Source of the DNA: Eledone cirrhosa
Taxonomy: Eukaryota
Direction: 5' to 3'
DNA: 64,000 nucleotides
NCBI GenBank assembly: GCA_964016885.1
Contig: OZ024746.1
Span: 24,552,001 to 24,616,000 of the forward strand
Shown: one piece after another, positions 12,720 to 25,000 of the stretch
Layout of the letters: the number at the start of each line of letters is the position of its first letter
Position numbering within the stretch: the first letter of the stretch is position 1
Notes under the pieces: model-generated
The model's database searches: none
Told to the model about the DNA's origin: nothing
What the model saw: only the letters and a program-made list of their open reading frames with translations
Translations under genes and position numbers: made by a program

Positions 12720-14843
12720 CAAAAAAACATGTCCCTGCAATATTTTGCCATTGAAATTTTATGTGTAAGGAATTTAATTAGCGAAGTTGTTAGAGCACAA
12801 GACAAAATGCACCGTGGTATTTGATAAGGAGTATGTGTTCACTCGGGCCATTCTTGCCTCTCTCACCCAGCTTTCAACAAAATGCTGGGAAGAGAGCACT
12901 TCCCTTTCTACCCTGATTTTCCTTTTCAAATGAAATTTGAAAAAGTTAATCATGGCATCACCGAAGAGGTAAGTGCTCGTCTTCAGCCATACTATCTCTT
13001 TCGCCATGGCCACCAGACAGATAAAACTGCCTGCCCTTCCCGGCTAAAGGAGGAGGGCGGGGCAATCCTCACGATGGACTCAGCTGATAGCTGGATCCGT
13101 CGTACACGCGACAGCAGGTGTTCGACATAAACCCACAAGTCAGCCATGCTCGGACACTGGACGAGTGCGTGCAGGACGGTTTCGTTGACCTGCGCGCATC
13201 TCGGACATGCCCGTCTGACGGCACCTCCATGCCTGTAGAGTTTATCCTGAACTGGCAAAGCTCCTCGGTAGCACTGCCAAGCCAGGGATTTCTGGAAGTT
13301 GTCCATAGGCCCCGGCCCGAAAGTTCTTCCGAAGAGATTGGCTAGTTGATTTTCGTCGACGCCTAGAGTTTCCCCAAGCACGTCGTCGCTCTTCCCCTCC
13401 ACTAATCCTCTATAGAACGCCAAGGTGGAGTTTCCACCGATCACATTGCTCGATTGGTCGAGGGCTGTGAGCGCCTGAAGACATTCCAGTCTCCAAGCGC
13501 TCCCTCTCGGTCTTCACTTGACCCAGGACTGCAGCTCCGTCAAGGAGATGAGCTGGGGAAAGACGCGTCTAGCAAATGGCGACCACACCTGATCACCGTC
13601 GAGGAAGAGGTGGAGATGCCGTAGCCTGAGTGCGTCTGCGCATCATCAGCCACGGCATTCCCAGACCTCCACGTAGCGGGTGTTGACAGCAGATGGACGG
13701 CCTGACCATCGGAGCGCGTCCCTTCCACAAAAAGCGAAAGAGCAAACGCTCCAGCGCAGTCAGGCGGGGCTTAGGACAAGGTACGACGGTCAGGCGGTAG
13801 TAGATGATGGACGCGATATACGCGTTAGCCACCTCCGCTCGACCTTTCAGGGATAGCTTCCTCTCGGCCCATTTCTGGGTGAGAGAAGCCACCCTGCTCG
13901 TCACCTCGTCCCAGTTTTTGTCCGTCTGGAGATCCGGACCGAACCAGATCCCGAGCAATTTAACCGGTTCGTCCGTCCAGCGCCCGACGACGCTGTTGGA
14001 CGGCATGGACCTGCCTCTCCAGGTGCCGAGCTGCAGGCCCACTGACTTTTCCTGGTTGATCATTGCTCCTGTCACCGCTTCGTATTCTCTTAGTGTAGTG
14101 CCTATCGCCTCGATGTGTTTGGCGTTCGACACTACTACGGCGACATCGTCCGTATATGCTGACACGGATCTTCCGCATCCTAGTTCGCGCGGGACCCCCC
14201 TCAACGTCTCCAGTTTGTGCAGTAATGGCTCGAGAGTCAATACGTACAAGAGGGACGAGAGGGGACATCCTTGGCGGACCGAGCGCATGATGTTGAACGG
14301 TTCCGAAAGGTGACCGTTCACTCTCACCACAGAGCAGATGTCGCTGTGCATGGCAGCGATCCAGCCTCTGAAGACGGACCCAAAGCCAGCCGCCCTCAGG
14401 ACTGCCACTAGGTAACGATGGTCGACCCTATCGAAAGCTTTCGACTGATCTAAATTGATCAAGGACCTACCCGTGCCAGGTTCCCTAGCTACCCTCTCTA
14501 CGATGTATCGCATGAGGTGGAGGTTGTCGTGGATGGATCTGTCGGGAATGGCGCATGTCTGCGCCTCTCCCACCAGACCACCAACGACAAGCGCCAACCT
14601 CTTTGCTACCACCTTGGCCAAAATCTTGAACTCTGTGTTTAGCAGAGTTATGGGCCTGAAATTATCTATGTTATCCCCCTTGTTCGGATCCTTTCTCAGC
14701 AGCGCCACAGCTCCTCGGCTCACAGAGCTGGGGATTCTCCCGTTCTGTTGCCAGTTGCAGTAGACGTCCGCCAAGAGGCCTCCGAACAAGTCTGGCATCT
14801 GTACGTAAAGTTCATAGGGCAGACCATCCAAACCAGGCGATTT
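12720..14843 (-). mobile_element. 5'-truncated, frameshifted Tx1/L1-type LINE (RT plus zf-RVT-like C-terminus)
   Basis: KSPGLDGLPYE, NFRPITLLNTEFKILAK, LDQSKAFDRVDH, VRQGCPLS, AYTDD and GGLG motifs in 13593..14831; CPRC..ETVLHALVQC in 12992..13444. The 3' boundary is approximate. Confidence 0.92.
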
Positions 14844-16049
14844 GGGAATGGCGGGAAATGAATGTCTGCATGAGACAAATTTAAATTATTGCTACTGCTT
14901 ATATTTTTAGTGTTGGCAAACGTAGTAATATTTACAATGGTGGTGTCGGTGTGAGGTGTTAGTTTGTGAGGAAGGTGTGACTGTGAGTCGTCCATGATTT
15001 TTTCAAAGAAATTTTTATTTGATAATTATAAAAGTTTAAATTTTGGGCTCAAGACCCCAATCTTTTTGAGTGTCCTTTTCAGAAAACAATGTATGTGCAC
15101 TTATATACAGTTAACAATAAAAATTTTCCATAAATGGCAATTTTAAACAACTGAAAACAACAAACCTTTGCGGAGCTCACGATAATACGATTTCCTACGT
15201 AGGTCGCCAATAATAATAATAATAATAATAATGAACAACAACAGCAACAACAATGACAACAATGACAAGAGCAATATTATTATTACAATGAGAATAATTT
15301 TTTTGTTCAATATTTCTTTCCCTAAGTTGACATAGTGTGACATGAATGACTAACAGCGCCACCTGTTGTATTGTTTACTGTACATACCAGCTTCCTGACT
15401 AATAATGCATAGCAGCAGGTTTCACTTTTAGGGACACAAATATTTCTCTAGCACCACCCAGGGGCCATATTAATAAAAGAAGACCTTTCTGAAGAAGGGA
15501 ATCGAAGAAGAAAAAAATACACAGCGTAAAAACGTTATGAATAAACTGAAATGACCCCTAAAGTTGAGTGATGGGTTGGTGACAAGTTGGGGGTGGGTTT
15601 GATCTAACACTAAACTGCTTGTTGTTGTTGTTGTAATAACTGATTAGATACGGTGAGTAATGTCCAGTTTCGTCACTGTAATGATCACGACCATTATCAT
15701 CACCCTCATCATCATCATCATCTCATAATCATCAGCATCATCGTCACATTATAATCACCATCGTCATCTTCAACCTCCACTTCCTTCTCCTCCTCTAAAT
15801 TATTTTCAAATTATTCTAGGTGGACACTCTTTCGCAACGAACGGATTTCAGGACGTTTTTTTTAAATATAAACTCTATTTATTAAAACTAAGACTGCACT
15901 ATTGAAACATAAGGGGACAGTGCTATCCATTGCCTCCCCTACACACATTCTCTTGGTGAAAGACGCCTGTGAAAAGGTTGAGAAGGTGTCCCGTGTCTGT
16001 TTCTTATTACAAAGTATTGTCTAAAAAAAAGTGTCATGAGCTCGGAAGA

Positions 16050-16290
16050 TCATCAAGTCAGTGCTTATACCGGTTTTCATGGCGTTAAGCGACTCCAGCG
16101 CCGGGCATGATGCGTGTTTATTACCGGGTTAAAGCCCCAGCTATTGCTGGTACTCATTTTCAGCTGAGTATACTGGAGCAACGTGAAATGAAGTGTTTTG
16201 CTCAAGAACACAACACACAACCCAGTCCAGGAATCGAACTCAGGACATTATGATCGTAAGTCCCACACTCTTACCACTAGGCAAAGCGCT
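16050..16290 (-). mobile_element. tRNA-headed SINE, family 3 (relatives near 34095-34283, 34822-34995, 40310-40515, 43680-43960, 57950-58190)
   Basis: Minus strand shows A-box/B-box-like head (tagtggtaagag...gagttcgattcc); shared body ggagcaacgtgaaat-aagtgt-ttgctcaag across copies. Confidence 0.7.
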
Positions 16291-16773
16291 AGATACCTGG
16301 TATTAAGTCACCCTTGATGGCGAGTGAGGGAGTTAGCATTATATTAAAAATAGTTTTAAACAATCACGAGTTAGATTTATCTGAAACCTTCAGGCATTCT
16401 GATTTCAAATCCCACCGAGTTCAACTTTGCCTTTTATCCTTCAGTGGTCGATAACTTAATGCACCTGTCAGGTACAGCAGAAGTTAATGTAATTGATTTC
16501 TCTCTCCCCCACCACCAGACCCAACCACATATTGCTGGCGTTGTATCTAAATTAGAAACTATTACATTGAGATGGGCGCCACTATACAATGATTCAACCT
16601 ACACACAAAGACAACAATGAAAGAAAAGGCTGAGTCATGGACAGTAAGATATAAACGAAAATATATCTGAGAAATAATCTATTAATTATCTCCCATATCA
16701 GATGAGACAACCTCTGAAGTTCCTATTAGACAGCAGTAACAATATCAAACATTCCATAACAAACTGAATTAAC

Positions 16774-16870
16774 AGGCATGGTTGTGTGGTTAAGGAGTTC
16801 GCTTGACAACCGCATCTTATTGGTTTCAGATCCAATGCGCGGTTCCTTAACCAAATGTCTTCTATTATAG

Positions 16871-16872
<2 letters not shown>
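16774..16872 (+). mobile_element. tRNA-headed SINE, family 2 (relatives near 7093-7200, 47130-47290, 47467-47560, 50432-50560)
   Basis: ggcatggttgtgtggttaag A-box-like start, degenerate B box, shared tgtcttcta.tata body. Confidence 0.6.
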
Positions 16873-16912
<40 letters not shown>

Positions 16913-17104
16913 TATATATATATATATATATATATATAGGCTATATATATATATATACAGGCTATATAAATATATACACAATATGACAAAAGACCAAGGT
17001 TAACAAAATTCACTCATTCTTTTATTTCTATGTCCATTTCAATAGAGCCTCTCTCACCTTACCAAACATAATGGTGAAGTACTCCACTATATTCATCTAT
17101 ATAT

Positions 17105-17135
<31 letters not shown>

Positions 17136-17154
17136 GTGTGTGTGTATGTGTATA

Positions 17155-17189
<35 letters not shown>

Positions 17190-17293
17190 GGAACCAGGGG
17201 GTCTTACTGGTTCCTATTACCCACTCTACTACCCTAAGTATTGAGTACTTTGGTGCGTTATGGTCCACCTGGTTCCTTACCACATTTCCTTCG

Positions 17294-17341
<48 letters not shown>

Positions 17342-17410
17342 TCATTTTAACTACAATATATATATATATATATATTGTAGTTAATATGAAGCATTGTGAG
17401 ATATGTAATA

Positions 17411-18330
17411 AATGACTGGTAAGTTCCAGAAAGCCAGTACAATGTGGTAGAAATATATAAAGGGTAAAGGATGACAAATAAAACAAAACAAAGAAATGCT
17501 TTTACCCAATATATTTCAACAGTAAAATACTATGTTGAAAGGGTTTATTAAATGTTTCTTCTCAATACATGTGTTTCACTCTCAAAATGGGCTTAAAACC
17601 ATTGATAATTACATAAATATGAAGAAGAAAGATAAAAACAAAATTAGATAATGAGAAAAAAGGGTAAGTGGAAAAGAAGGTCAGAACTGGTAAAGTAGAG
17701 AAAAGGATTATAAATGCCATAAATGAGAGGAACAATGAGGTGAAAAGCAAGGAATCTTGGGCAATAGAAAAAATGAGTGAGGGAAGGGGAGCCGATGATG
17801 AGCTCTGGGACTAGGGTGGGGTGGTGATTGGGCTGCGCCCCACGGACAAAACTGCAGAGACATTTCCGTGGACAATAACCAGTGACACCCGATGCAACAC
17901 CCACGCCACCTCCCGGGGCTCCTTCCTCAGATGGGTTACAGATGTTTCCGATTTTGCGAAGGAACTCGGCAGTACGGGGTCCGAGGAGGCCTGGGGTCTC
18001 GACAGTGACTAGGGCGAAGAGGAAGCGGCCAGACAAGCTCCAGTATTTAATCGTCTTCTTGTACTCTGCATTGCAGGCCGCAGTACCGGGATTTGTGACC
18101 GATGGGACTAAGCTGGAAGCAGAGAAAGTGTCACAACATATGGCGTCCCAGATGAGGGATTTACCTTCTTCGAATAAGAAAAGGGTAATTCAGTCGGGGC
18201 GCTTCCCATCTCCGCGGTTGAGGTCTATATACTGAGTAAAAGCATTACTTTGTTTTGTTTTATTTGTCATCATTTGCCCTTTATATATTTCTAGCGCATT
18301 GTACTGACTTTCTGAAACTTATCAGTCATT
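17411..18330. repeat. 104-bp inverted repeats (17411-17514 / 18227-18330) enclosing the CRE-like fragment
   Basis: Ungapped reverse-complement alignment with 10 mismatches by eye. Confidence 0.88.
17545..18226 (-). mobile_element. 3' fragment of a CRE-like non-LTR retrotransposon (restriction-like endonuclease domain plus 3' UTR)
   Basis: Manual translation: DLNRGDGKRPD*ITLF..GKSLIWDAICCDTFSAS..PGTAACNAEYKKTIKY..F..VETPG..G..FLRKIG, then (frameshifted) LHRVSLVIVHGNVSAV. Matches the RPD..WD..DT..AE..K..KY..ET.G..GN pattern of CRE-type RLE domains. AATAAA near 17545. Confidence 0.75.
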
Positions 18331-18351
18331 ATCTATCTCTCTATCTATCTC

Positions 18352-18391
<40 letters not shown>

Positions 18392-18420
18392 ACTATCTAT
18401 CTAACTAACTATCTATCAAT

Positions 18421-18496
<76 letters not shown>

Positions 18497-18533
18497 TCCT
18501 GCCATATCAAGCGTTAACCTAATATATCCCTTC

Positions 18534-18637
18534 TAAAAGGTGTACAGATTGTGTTGTTATTTCTGTTTACATTTACACACACATATATATGTGTGTGTAA
18601 ATGTAAACAGAAATAACAACACAATCTGTACACCTTT

Positions 18638-18639
<2 letters not shown>
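18534..18639. repeat. Perfect 106-bp spacerless palindrome centred on a short TA run
   Basis: taaaaggtgtacagattgtg...cacatata|tatgtg...cacaatctgtacacctttta; base-by-base self-complementary. Confidence 0.9.
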
Positions 18640-18714
<75 letters not shown>

Positions 18715-18725
18715 TTGTCAATGTG

Positions 18726-18777
<52 letters not shown>

Positions 18778-18847
18778 CCAAAAATATTTATGGGGCAAGA
18801 ACACCTGTATGGTTACTGAATCAGAACGAAGAATCTGTAGAGTACGT

Positions 18848-19440
18848 CACCCCCACCACCTCAACCACTACTGTCACCGTCCACCACTACCACCAACACA
18901 TCCACCAGCACTACCATCATAATTACCATTAACACCACCACCAACACATCCACCAGCACTACCATCATAATTACCATTAACACCACCACCGTCGCAACCA
19001 ACACCACCATATCCACCACTACCATCTCCACCACCTCAACAATCATCACTAACACAACCACCATCATCACTACCACAAATACTACAACCAACAACACCAC
19101 TCCACCATCACCACAAACACCACCACTCCACCGACACCCACGCCACTCCACTAACACTACCACCAACACGATCGCTCCACCAATACCATCACCACCAGCA
19201 CCAACACCACCACTCCACCAACACTATAACCAACACTACAACTAGGACCAAAATTACTACCCACCACCATCACCACCACAACACCACCACTCCACCGTCA
19301 CCACCACCGCTACCACCACCAACACCACCACCATTCCATCAACACTACAACCAATACCATTACTCCACCAACACTACCACCAACATCATCACTTCACCTA
19401 CATCACAACATCAACACCAAAACTACTACCCCCCCCCCCC
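18848..19440. repeat. Degenerate (ACC)n low-complexity region
   Basis: CAC/ACC-rich with a local ~48-bp duplication. Confidence 0.85.
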
Positions 19441-19649
19441 ACTATCACTACATGATCTGGTTAGCTAACACCGACAGTGCTGAACATCACACGCACACAC
19501 ATACACAGACACACTCACACCCTTTCATACACGTATGCATACATAGACATGCGACAGCCTTAAATATACAAACACACTATACAATATCTAGACAAAGTTA
19601 TTCGTGAGCATCAGAAATTGTGTACCTGTCTATCAATCTATCAATCTAA

Positions 19650-21590
19650 ATAGCGATACATCATAGAGAGGGTAGGGTGTAAACCCGGCTTCGGTGGGGC
19701 CCTGATCAACTTGGATCAGTCTAAGGCTTTCGATAGGGTTGACCATCGTTACCTGGATGCGGTGCTCGAGGCGGCAGGCTTCGGACCCGTGTTCAGGGGT
19801 TGGATTGCTGCAATGCACAACAGCAACATCTGCTCAAGGGTTAAGGTGAACGGCTACCTCTCGGAGCCGTTCCATATTACGCGATCCATTCGACAGGAAT
19901 GCCCTCTCTCCTCCCTTCTGTACGTACTGACTCTCGAGCCACTACTGCGGACGTTGGAGCTATTGCAGGGCATCCCTCTGGAACCGGGATTGCGGAAAGC
20001 GGCGTCGGCCTACGCCGACGACGTGACAGTAATGGTGTCGAGCGCCTCGCAAATCGAGGAAGTCTGCACCTTACTGAAGGAATACGAAAGGTTCACAGGA
20101 GCGAAGCTGAACCGGGACAAGTCCATCGGTTTGCAACTCGGATCGTGGAGAGGCAAACCGATGCCTTCCGATGGCGTCGTCGGACACTGGACGGAAGGAC
20201 CAGTAAAGCTGCTCGGGGCCTGGTTTCGTCAGGACCTACAGATGGAGAAGAACTGGAACGAGGTGTCGGCCAAGGTGTTTGCACTTACCCAGAAGTGGGC
20301 CGAGTGCAAACTATCCTTGAAAGGTCGAGCGGAGGTGGCGAACACTTTTATAGCGTCCGCCATCTACTACCGCTTGACCGTCGCGCCTTGTCCAGCCAAA
20401 ACGCTCGCCAAAATGGACGCGCGCTCTTCCATTTCCTTTGGAAGAGGCAGGCTCCTTTGGTGAGAAGATCCATCTGCTGCCAACACCCTCCCAATGGAGG
20501 CTGCGGCATCTCTACGTATTCCTCACCGGACAACCGGTGTGGGCCCCGTTCGTGAGGCGAGCCTTCCCACGACTCGTCTCGCTGACCGAGCTGCAGTCCT
20601 GGGTCAAGCAAAGACCGAGGAAAATGGGCGACTGGCACATCGAATGTGCTCAGGCGCTCACAGCCCTCTGGCAGGCGGACCCGGGGATCAGTGGAGACTC
20701 CACTTCGTCATTCTATAGAGGGTTGATCCGCAGCAAGTGCGACGACGTGCTCGGTGAAACTTTAGGCGTAGAGGAAGACGAACTGGCTAGTCTGTTCGGT
20801 AGGACCTTCCGCCCGGGACCGATGGACAACTTCCAAAAGTCCCTGGCCTGGCAGTGCTACCGAGGAGCTCTACCAGTTCGAGACAAGCTCTACAGACATG
20901 GGCGCCCGGGCAGGGACCCTGCAAAAAAATCTGTCCGCTGTGCGTGCGGGACGAAGAAACCGTCACGCACGCATTCATACACTGCCCGGGCATCACCGAC
21001 CTGTGGGGCTATGTAGAACGACTATTGTCGCGGGTGGGACCAATCTGGTTGACCATCGAGTCCATTGTCATGATCAAACCGCCACCCTCCTTCCTTCAAA
21101 AACGAAGGAGAGGCGGTTTTCCTTTGTGTGATAGCTATGGCGAAAGAGGTTGTATGGTAGACAAGGTTGAAAGGGCTGAGGTCAGACACCTTTCTCTCCG
21201 GCCAACAACTGATTCTTTTTTTCAAATACCACTTTGGAAGAACAATCAGGATGGAGAGAGAGGTGCTGTACCCCAGCAAGTTTTATGAAAGGTGGGTGAA
21301 AGTGGCGAGAATGGCCCTAGTGAATGGGCCTTCTCTCTATATCAGCCTGTAGGTTGAGGAAAAAGAGGAGGAGAGGAAAGGAGTACAAACTCTTCGTACT
21401 CCTGGAGATGAGGGTTGCACATTTTTTCAGGGGTATGTGTTACCCATATGAACTGTCTCCCCCTATTGGGGAAAATCGACTAATTTTAAAATTGCATTTG
21501 TGATAATATTTTACACGTTTTTATTGTAAGTAAACTTCCTCCTTTGTATTTGTCCCCTTCTTTTGTGCCCCTGTGGCTAATAAAGAAACA
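19650..21590 (+). mobile_element. 5'-truncated, frameshifted Tx1/L1-type LINE with 3' UTR and probable 12-bp TSD
   Basis: RYIIERVG..LDQSKAFDRVDH, IRQECPLS, AYADD and CPLC..ETVTHAFIHC motifs; AATAAA at 21579; ATCTATCAATCT at 19636-19647 and 21592-21603; same family as 12720-14843 but diverged. Confidence 0.92.
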
Positions 21591-21627
21591 TATCTATCAA
21601 TCTCTCTCTCTCTATATATATATATAT

Positions 21628-22089
21628 AACACACACTAGTCACCCAGCAGACACAACACTATACACACTAGTCACACATCACACATAACACTATACACAC
21701 ACGCAAACGCATGCGCAAAGAAGACAAAATAAAATAAGATAAACAAACAAGCAAATAAATAAATAAATATATAGACAGACTGAACAAAAAAAATGGCGTA
21801 GACATACAACACAACAGGAGGAACAATGAATATAACACCACTGACGATGTTGCAGATATGCAACGAAAGATTTATGTAAACTATATATATATGTGTTTGT
21901 CTATATTGTATCTGTATTATTTTTGACCGCCGGTCAGTCAATGGCAACATTGAGGACCGAGTAAGTTAGATCGCAGATATATATATATAAAAGACAGCGA
22001 GAAGCGAAAACCAACCAAACAGTGAGTGTGTTCTGTTATTAATTCTGGCAATATTACGCAAATATGACCCTCCCCAAATATAACAATAT
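21628..22089 (+). repeat. 5' pseudo-LTR (462 bp)
   Basis: Identical to 25756-26217 at constant offset 4128 except A21858/G25986. Confidence 0.95.
21829..21886 (+). ncRNA. Hammerhead-like motif in the pseudo-LTR (second copy 25957-26014)
   Basis: CTGACGA-t-gttgca(gata)tgcaac-GAAAGATTTA: 6-bp stem II, near-palindromic stem III, weak interrupted stem I. PLE pLTRs are known to carry minimal hammerheads. Confidence 0.6.
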
Positions 22090-25000
22090 CTGTTTCGACA
22101 TACGATTTCATATAAAAAACCTCGCAAAACTAATTCATCGCCGCTATGGCATTAGCTTGTGCCAAGCTGAAAGGTTATTGAAAGACACTGTTTTCTGTTA
22201 TATAAAAACTACAATAACAACAGAACAAATCCGCTTCTTAAAACACTGTGTTTCCTCCAAAACATACACAACAAACATATCAAAACAAGTAAATAATTTA
22301 TTATTGAACAAAACACAAGCTGAACGGCTAAAACACACAATAACAGTTAATATGAAAAGAACAACATACACAAAAGTCAACGCACTCTACAGACAAAAAC
22401 GCATCAACGGTAAGGAAATCCGAAATCTCATCACAGCAAACGAGAGAGATGACTTCATGAGCGTCATCCGACGCGAAACGAAATATGCTCAAAACGAATG
22501 CTGTAGGCATTTCAAGAAGAAATTAGAATGGATGAATAAGAAAAAACTACAAGAAAGGAAAATCGAATATTCTCAAAAATACCCAGATAACATCGACAAC
22601 ATCCGTATGAGTGATGTAAAACTACCGGAAGAATTTACCAATGACCACACAGTAAATATCTATGGGAACACTTTAATCAGTGAACAAGAACAACAAATCC
22701 TAAAGTTACCACCAAAATTTGCCATCTACAAAAAGATTAACCCTATGGAATGCAAAACGGAGCTGGAAAAGTGTTTCACAAAAATACGTTGGAATGCAAA
22801 GGTAAACAACAACAACAATAATAACGGTAGTAGTAATATAAACAATAACTCTGGGTATAGAAATAACAGCCATAACCATAACAATGGCAGGAAAGTGAGA
22901 AATAGTGATAATGGTAATAATACTAGCGATAGACAGAACAACAACAACCACAATAATAATAATAATAGAAACGTTAACCACAGACACAGCAACAGTGACC
23001 ACAGTAGTAATAACGGTAACAATACGAACAACAACAACAACAATAACCACAGTGGTAATAATGGAAATAGTACATGTAGCAACATCAACAAAAACAAGAA
23101 ACATAATAATAGTAACAACCACAATGGTAGAAATAGCAGTAACAACAACAACAATAACGGTGAAGTAAACAACAATACATCTAGCAATCATAACAATAAT
23201 AATATTAATGCTAATGATAGAAACAACAACAACCACCATGATAATAATAATAGCAACACACACAACTATGACGATAGAAATAACGACAACCCCTTAGAGA
23301 AACTATTTTTCAACCCAGCTGACAAAACATATAAGATGGGTAATATCTATCCTACGAGGTTACCCTTTAATAAAAGAGTTTGCATACCACAACAAATAGA
23401 TGACGAGACGGAGGCACAGTTCACCATAGCTAGAAATAAGATTAGACAAGTAGTAGACAGGTACACTATGAGACAGAGCAGACCAGAGGCCCAACAACTT
23501 GGGATAAAACCTGTAGAAGGCTTGGTTAGCCTCAAGCAGCGCACAAGGGATGGTGAGGTAGTGTGTCTACCCACAGATAAGTCTGGTAGGATGTCAATAG
23601 ATAGCATGCCGAACTACATCGAGGCAATGCAACCCCACATCACCAACACGAGCGAAGTTGCACAACTAACACACGATGGGAGAGAAAAAATCCTCAACGC
23701 TCACATGATGATGTGGACTCACATCCTAAAGCCAAGCAGACGCACTGCCAACAACTTCCAGGCGTCTAACAATGGCATACCACCCTTGTATGGGCTCCGC
23801 AAAGACCACAAGACAGTCGACGACCCGACAACAGGACCACCAACAAGACCTGTATGCGGAGCTAATATAGCTAGCAACTACAGGATCTCCTACTTCCTCT
23901 CAATGGTTATACGCCCCATAATCAAGATGTCCCCAGATGTATGTGAAAGTACAGAGGACCTCCTCAGCAGAATCAGTGAGTGCAACAAAAACAGGAGCCT
24001 ATCCAACTGCATAATAGGCAGCATGGATGTGGTGTCACTGTACCCATCCATTAACATTGATTTTGCTGTGAAAATATGTGTGGAGATGATCATTGAGAGT
24101 GAGGTGGAGTTCTGCGACGTCGACACAGACGAACTGGGCCTCCTACTTAGACTTACCTACGACACTGACTACCTAGACAGCCATGACCTTAGATGTTTCT
24201 GCCCTAGTAGACCTATAAGAGGTAGACCCCCCACCATAACCTCAATGGCTAAAAAGACTCCCATAGGAAGGTGGATTGGGTGGACCAAAGCTATACGGAC
24301 CCCCCAAAACACTGATCAGGTAAGAAAAATGGTCGCACATGCAATAGGGGCTAGTATCAAAACTACCCTAAAGGGCCACATATTTAAGTTCAATGAGAAA
24401 ATCTACACCCAAAATGAGGGAGCAGCCATCGGCGTCAGCATAGCTGGCGATGTTGCCAACCTTTTCATGGTATGGTGGGAAAGGAGACTTAAAGATCTCC
24501 TTAATGAAAGCTCCATAGACCTCATCATGTACTCTCGTTATGTAGACGATATCAATATAGTTATAAGAACACCCCCACTAGAGAGCACTAACAAGTTTGA
24601 TTTAGAACGTAGCACGATGGAAAGCATCCAGCAGATAGCTAATTCCATACACCAGAGTATAACTGTAACTATAGACTTCCCTTCCAAACACCCTAACAAT
24701 AGACTACCTGTATTAGACACAGAACTCTGGATTAACACTATAGACGAGAGAGCCCAAATTCTCCACTCACACTATGCTAAACCCATGGCCTCCAAATACC
24801 TGATACTCAAAAACTCAGCAATGTCCAGTAGTGCTAAGTTTAATATTCTGATCGCAGATTTGGTACGAGTGATGAAGAATGTGTCCAGCATGTGCGACCC
24901 AACAGAAATGGAAGGACACATCCAACACTTCATCAACCGCATGCAGTTCTCTGGCTACAACCAAAGAGACAGAGTCAGAGTATACGAAGGAGCCATGGAA

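Noticed and set aside
21672-21950. Identical 92-aa antisense ORFs at 21672 and 25800
   Set aside because: Identity simply reflects the pseudo-LTR duplication; low-complexity antisense frame.
21961-22063. Possible pLTR intron (GTAAGT at 21961, GTGAGT at 22022) and TATA-like run at ~21977-21992
   Set aside because: No convincing acceptor before the ATG; TATA-like sequence is uninformative in TA-rich DNA.
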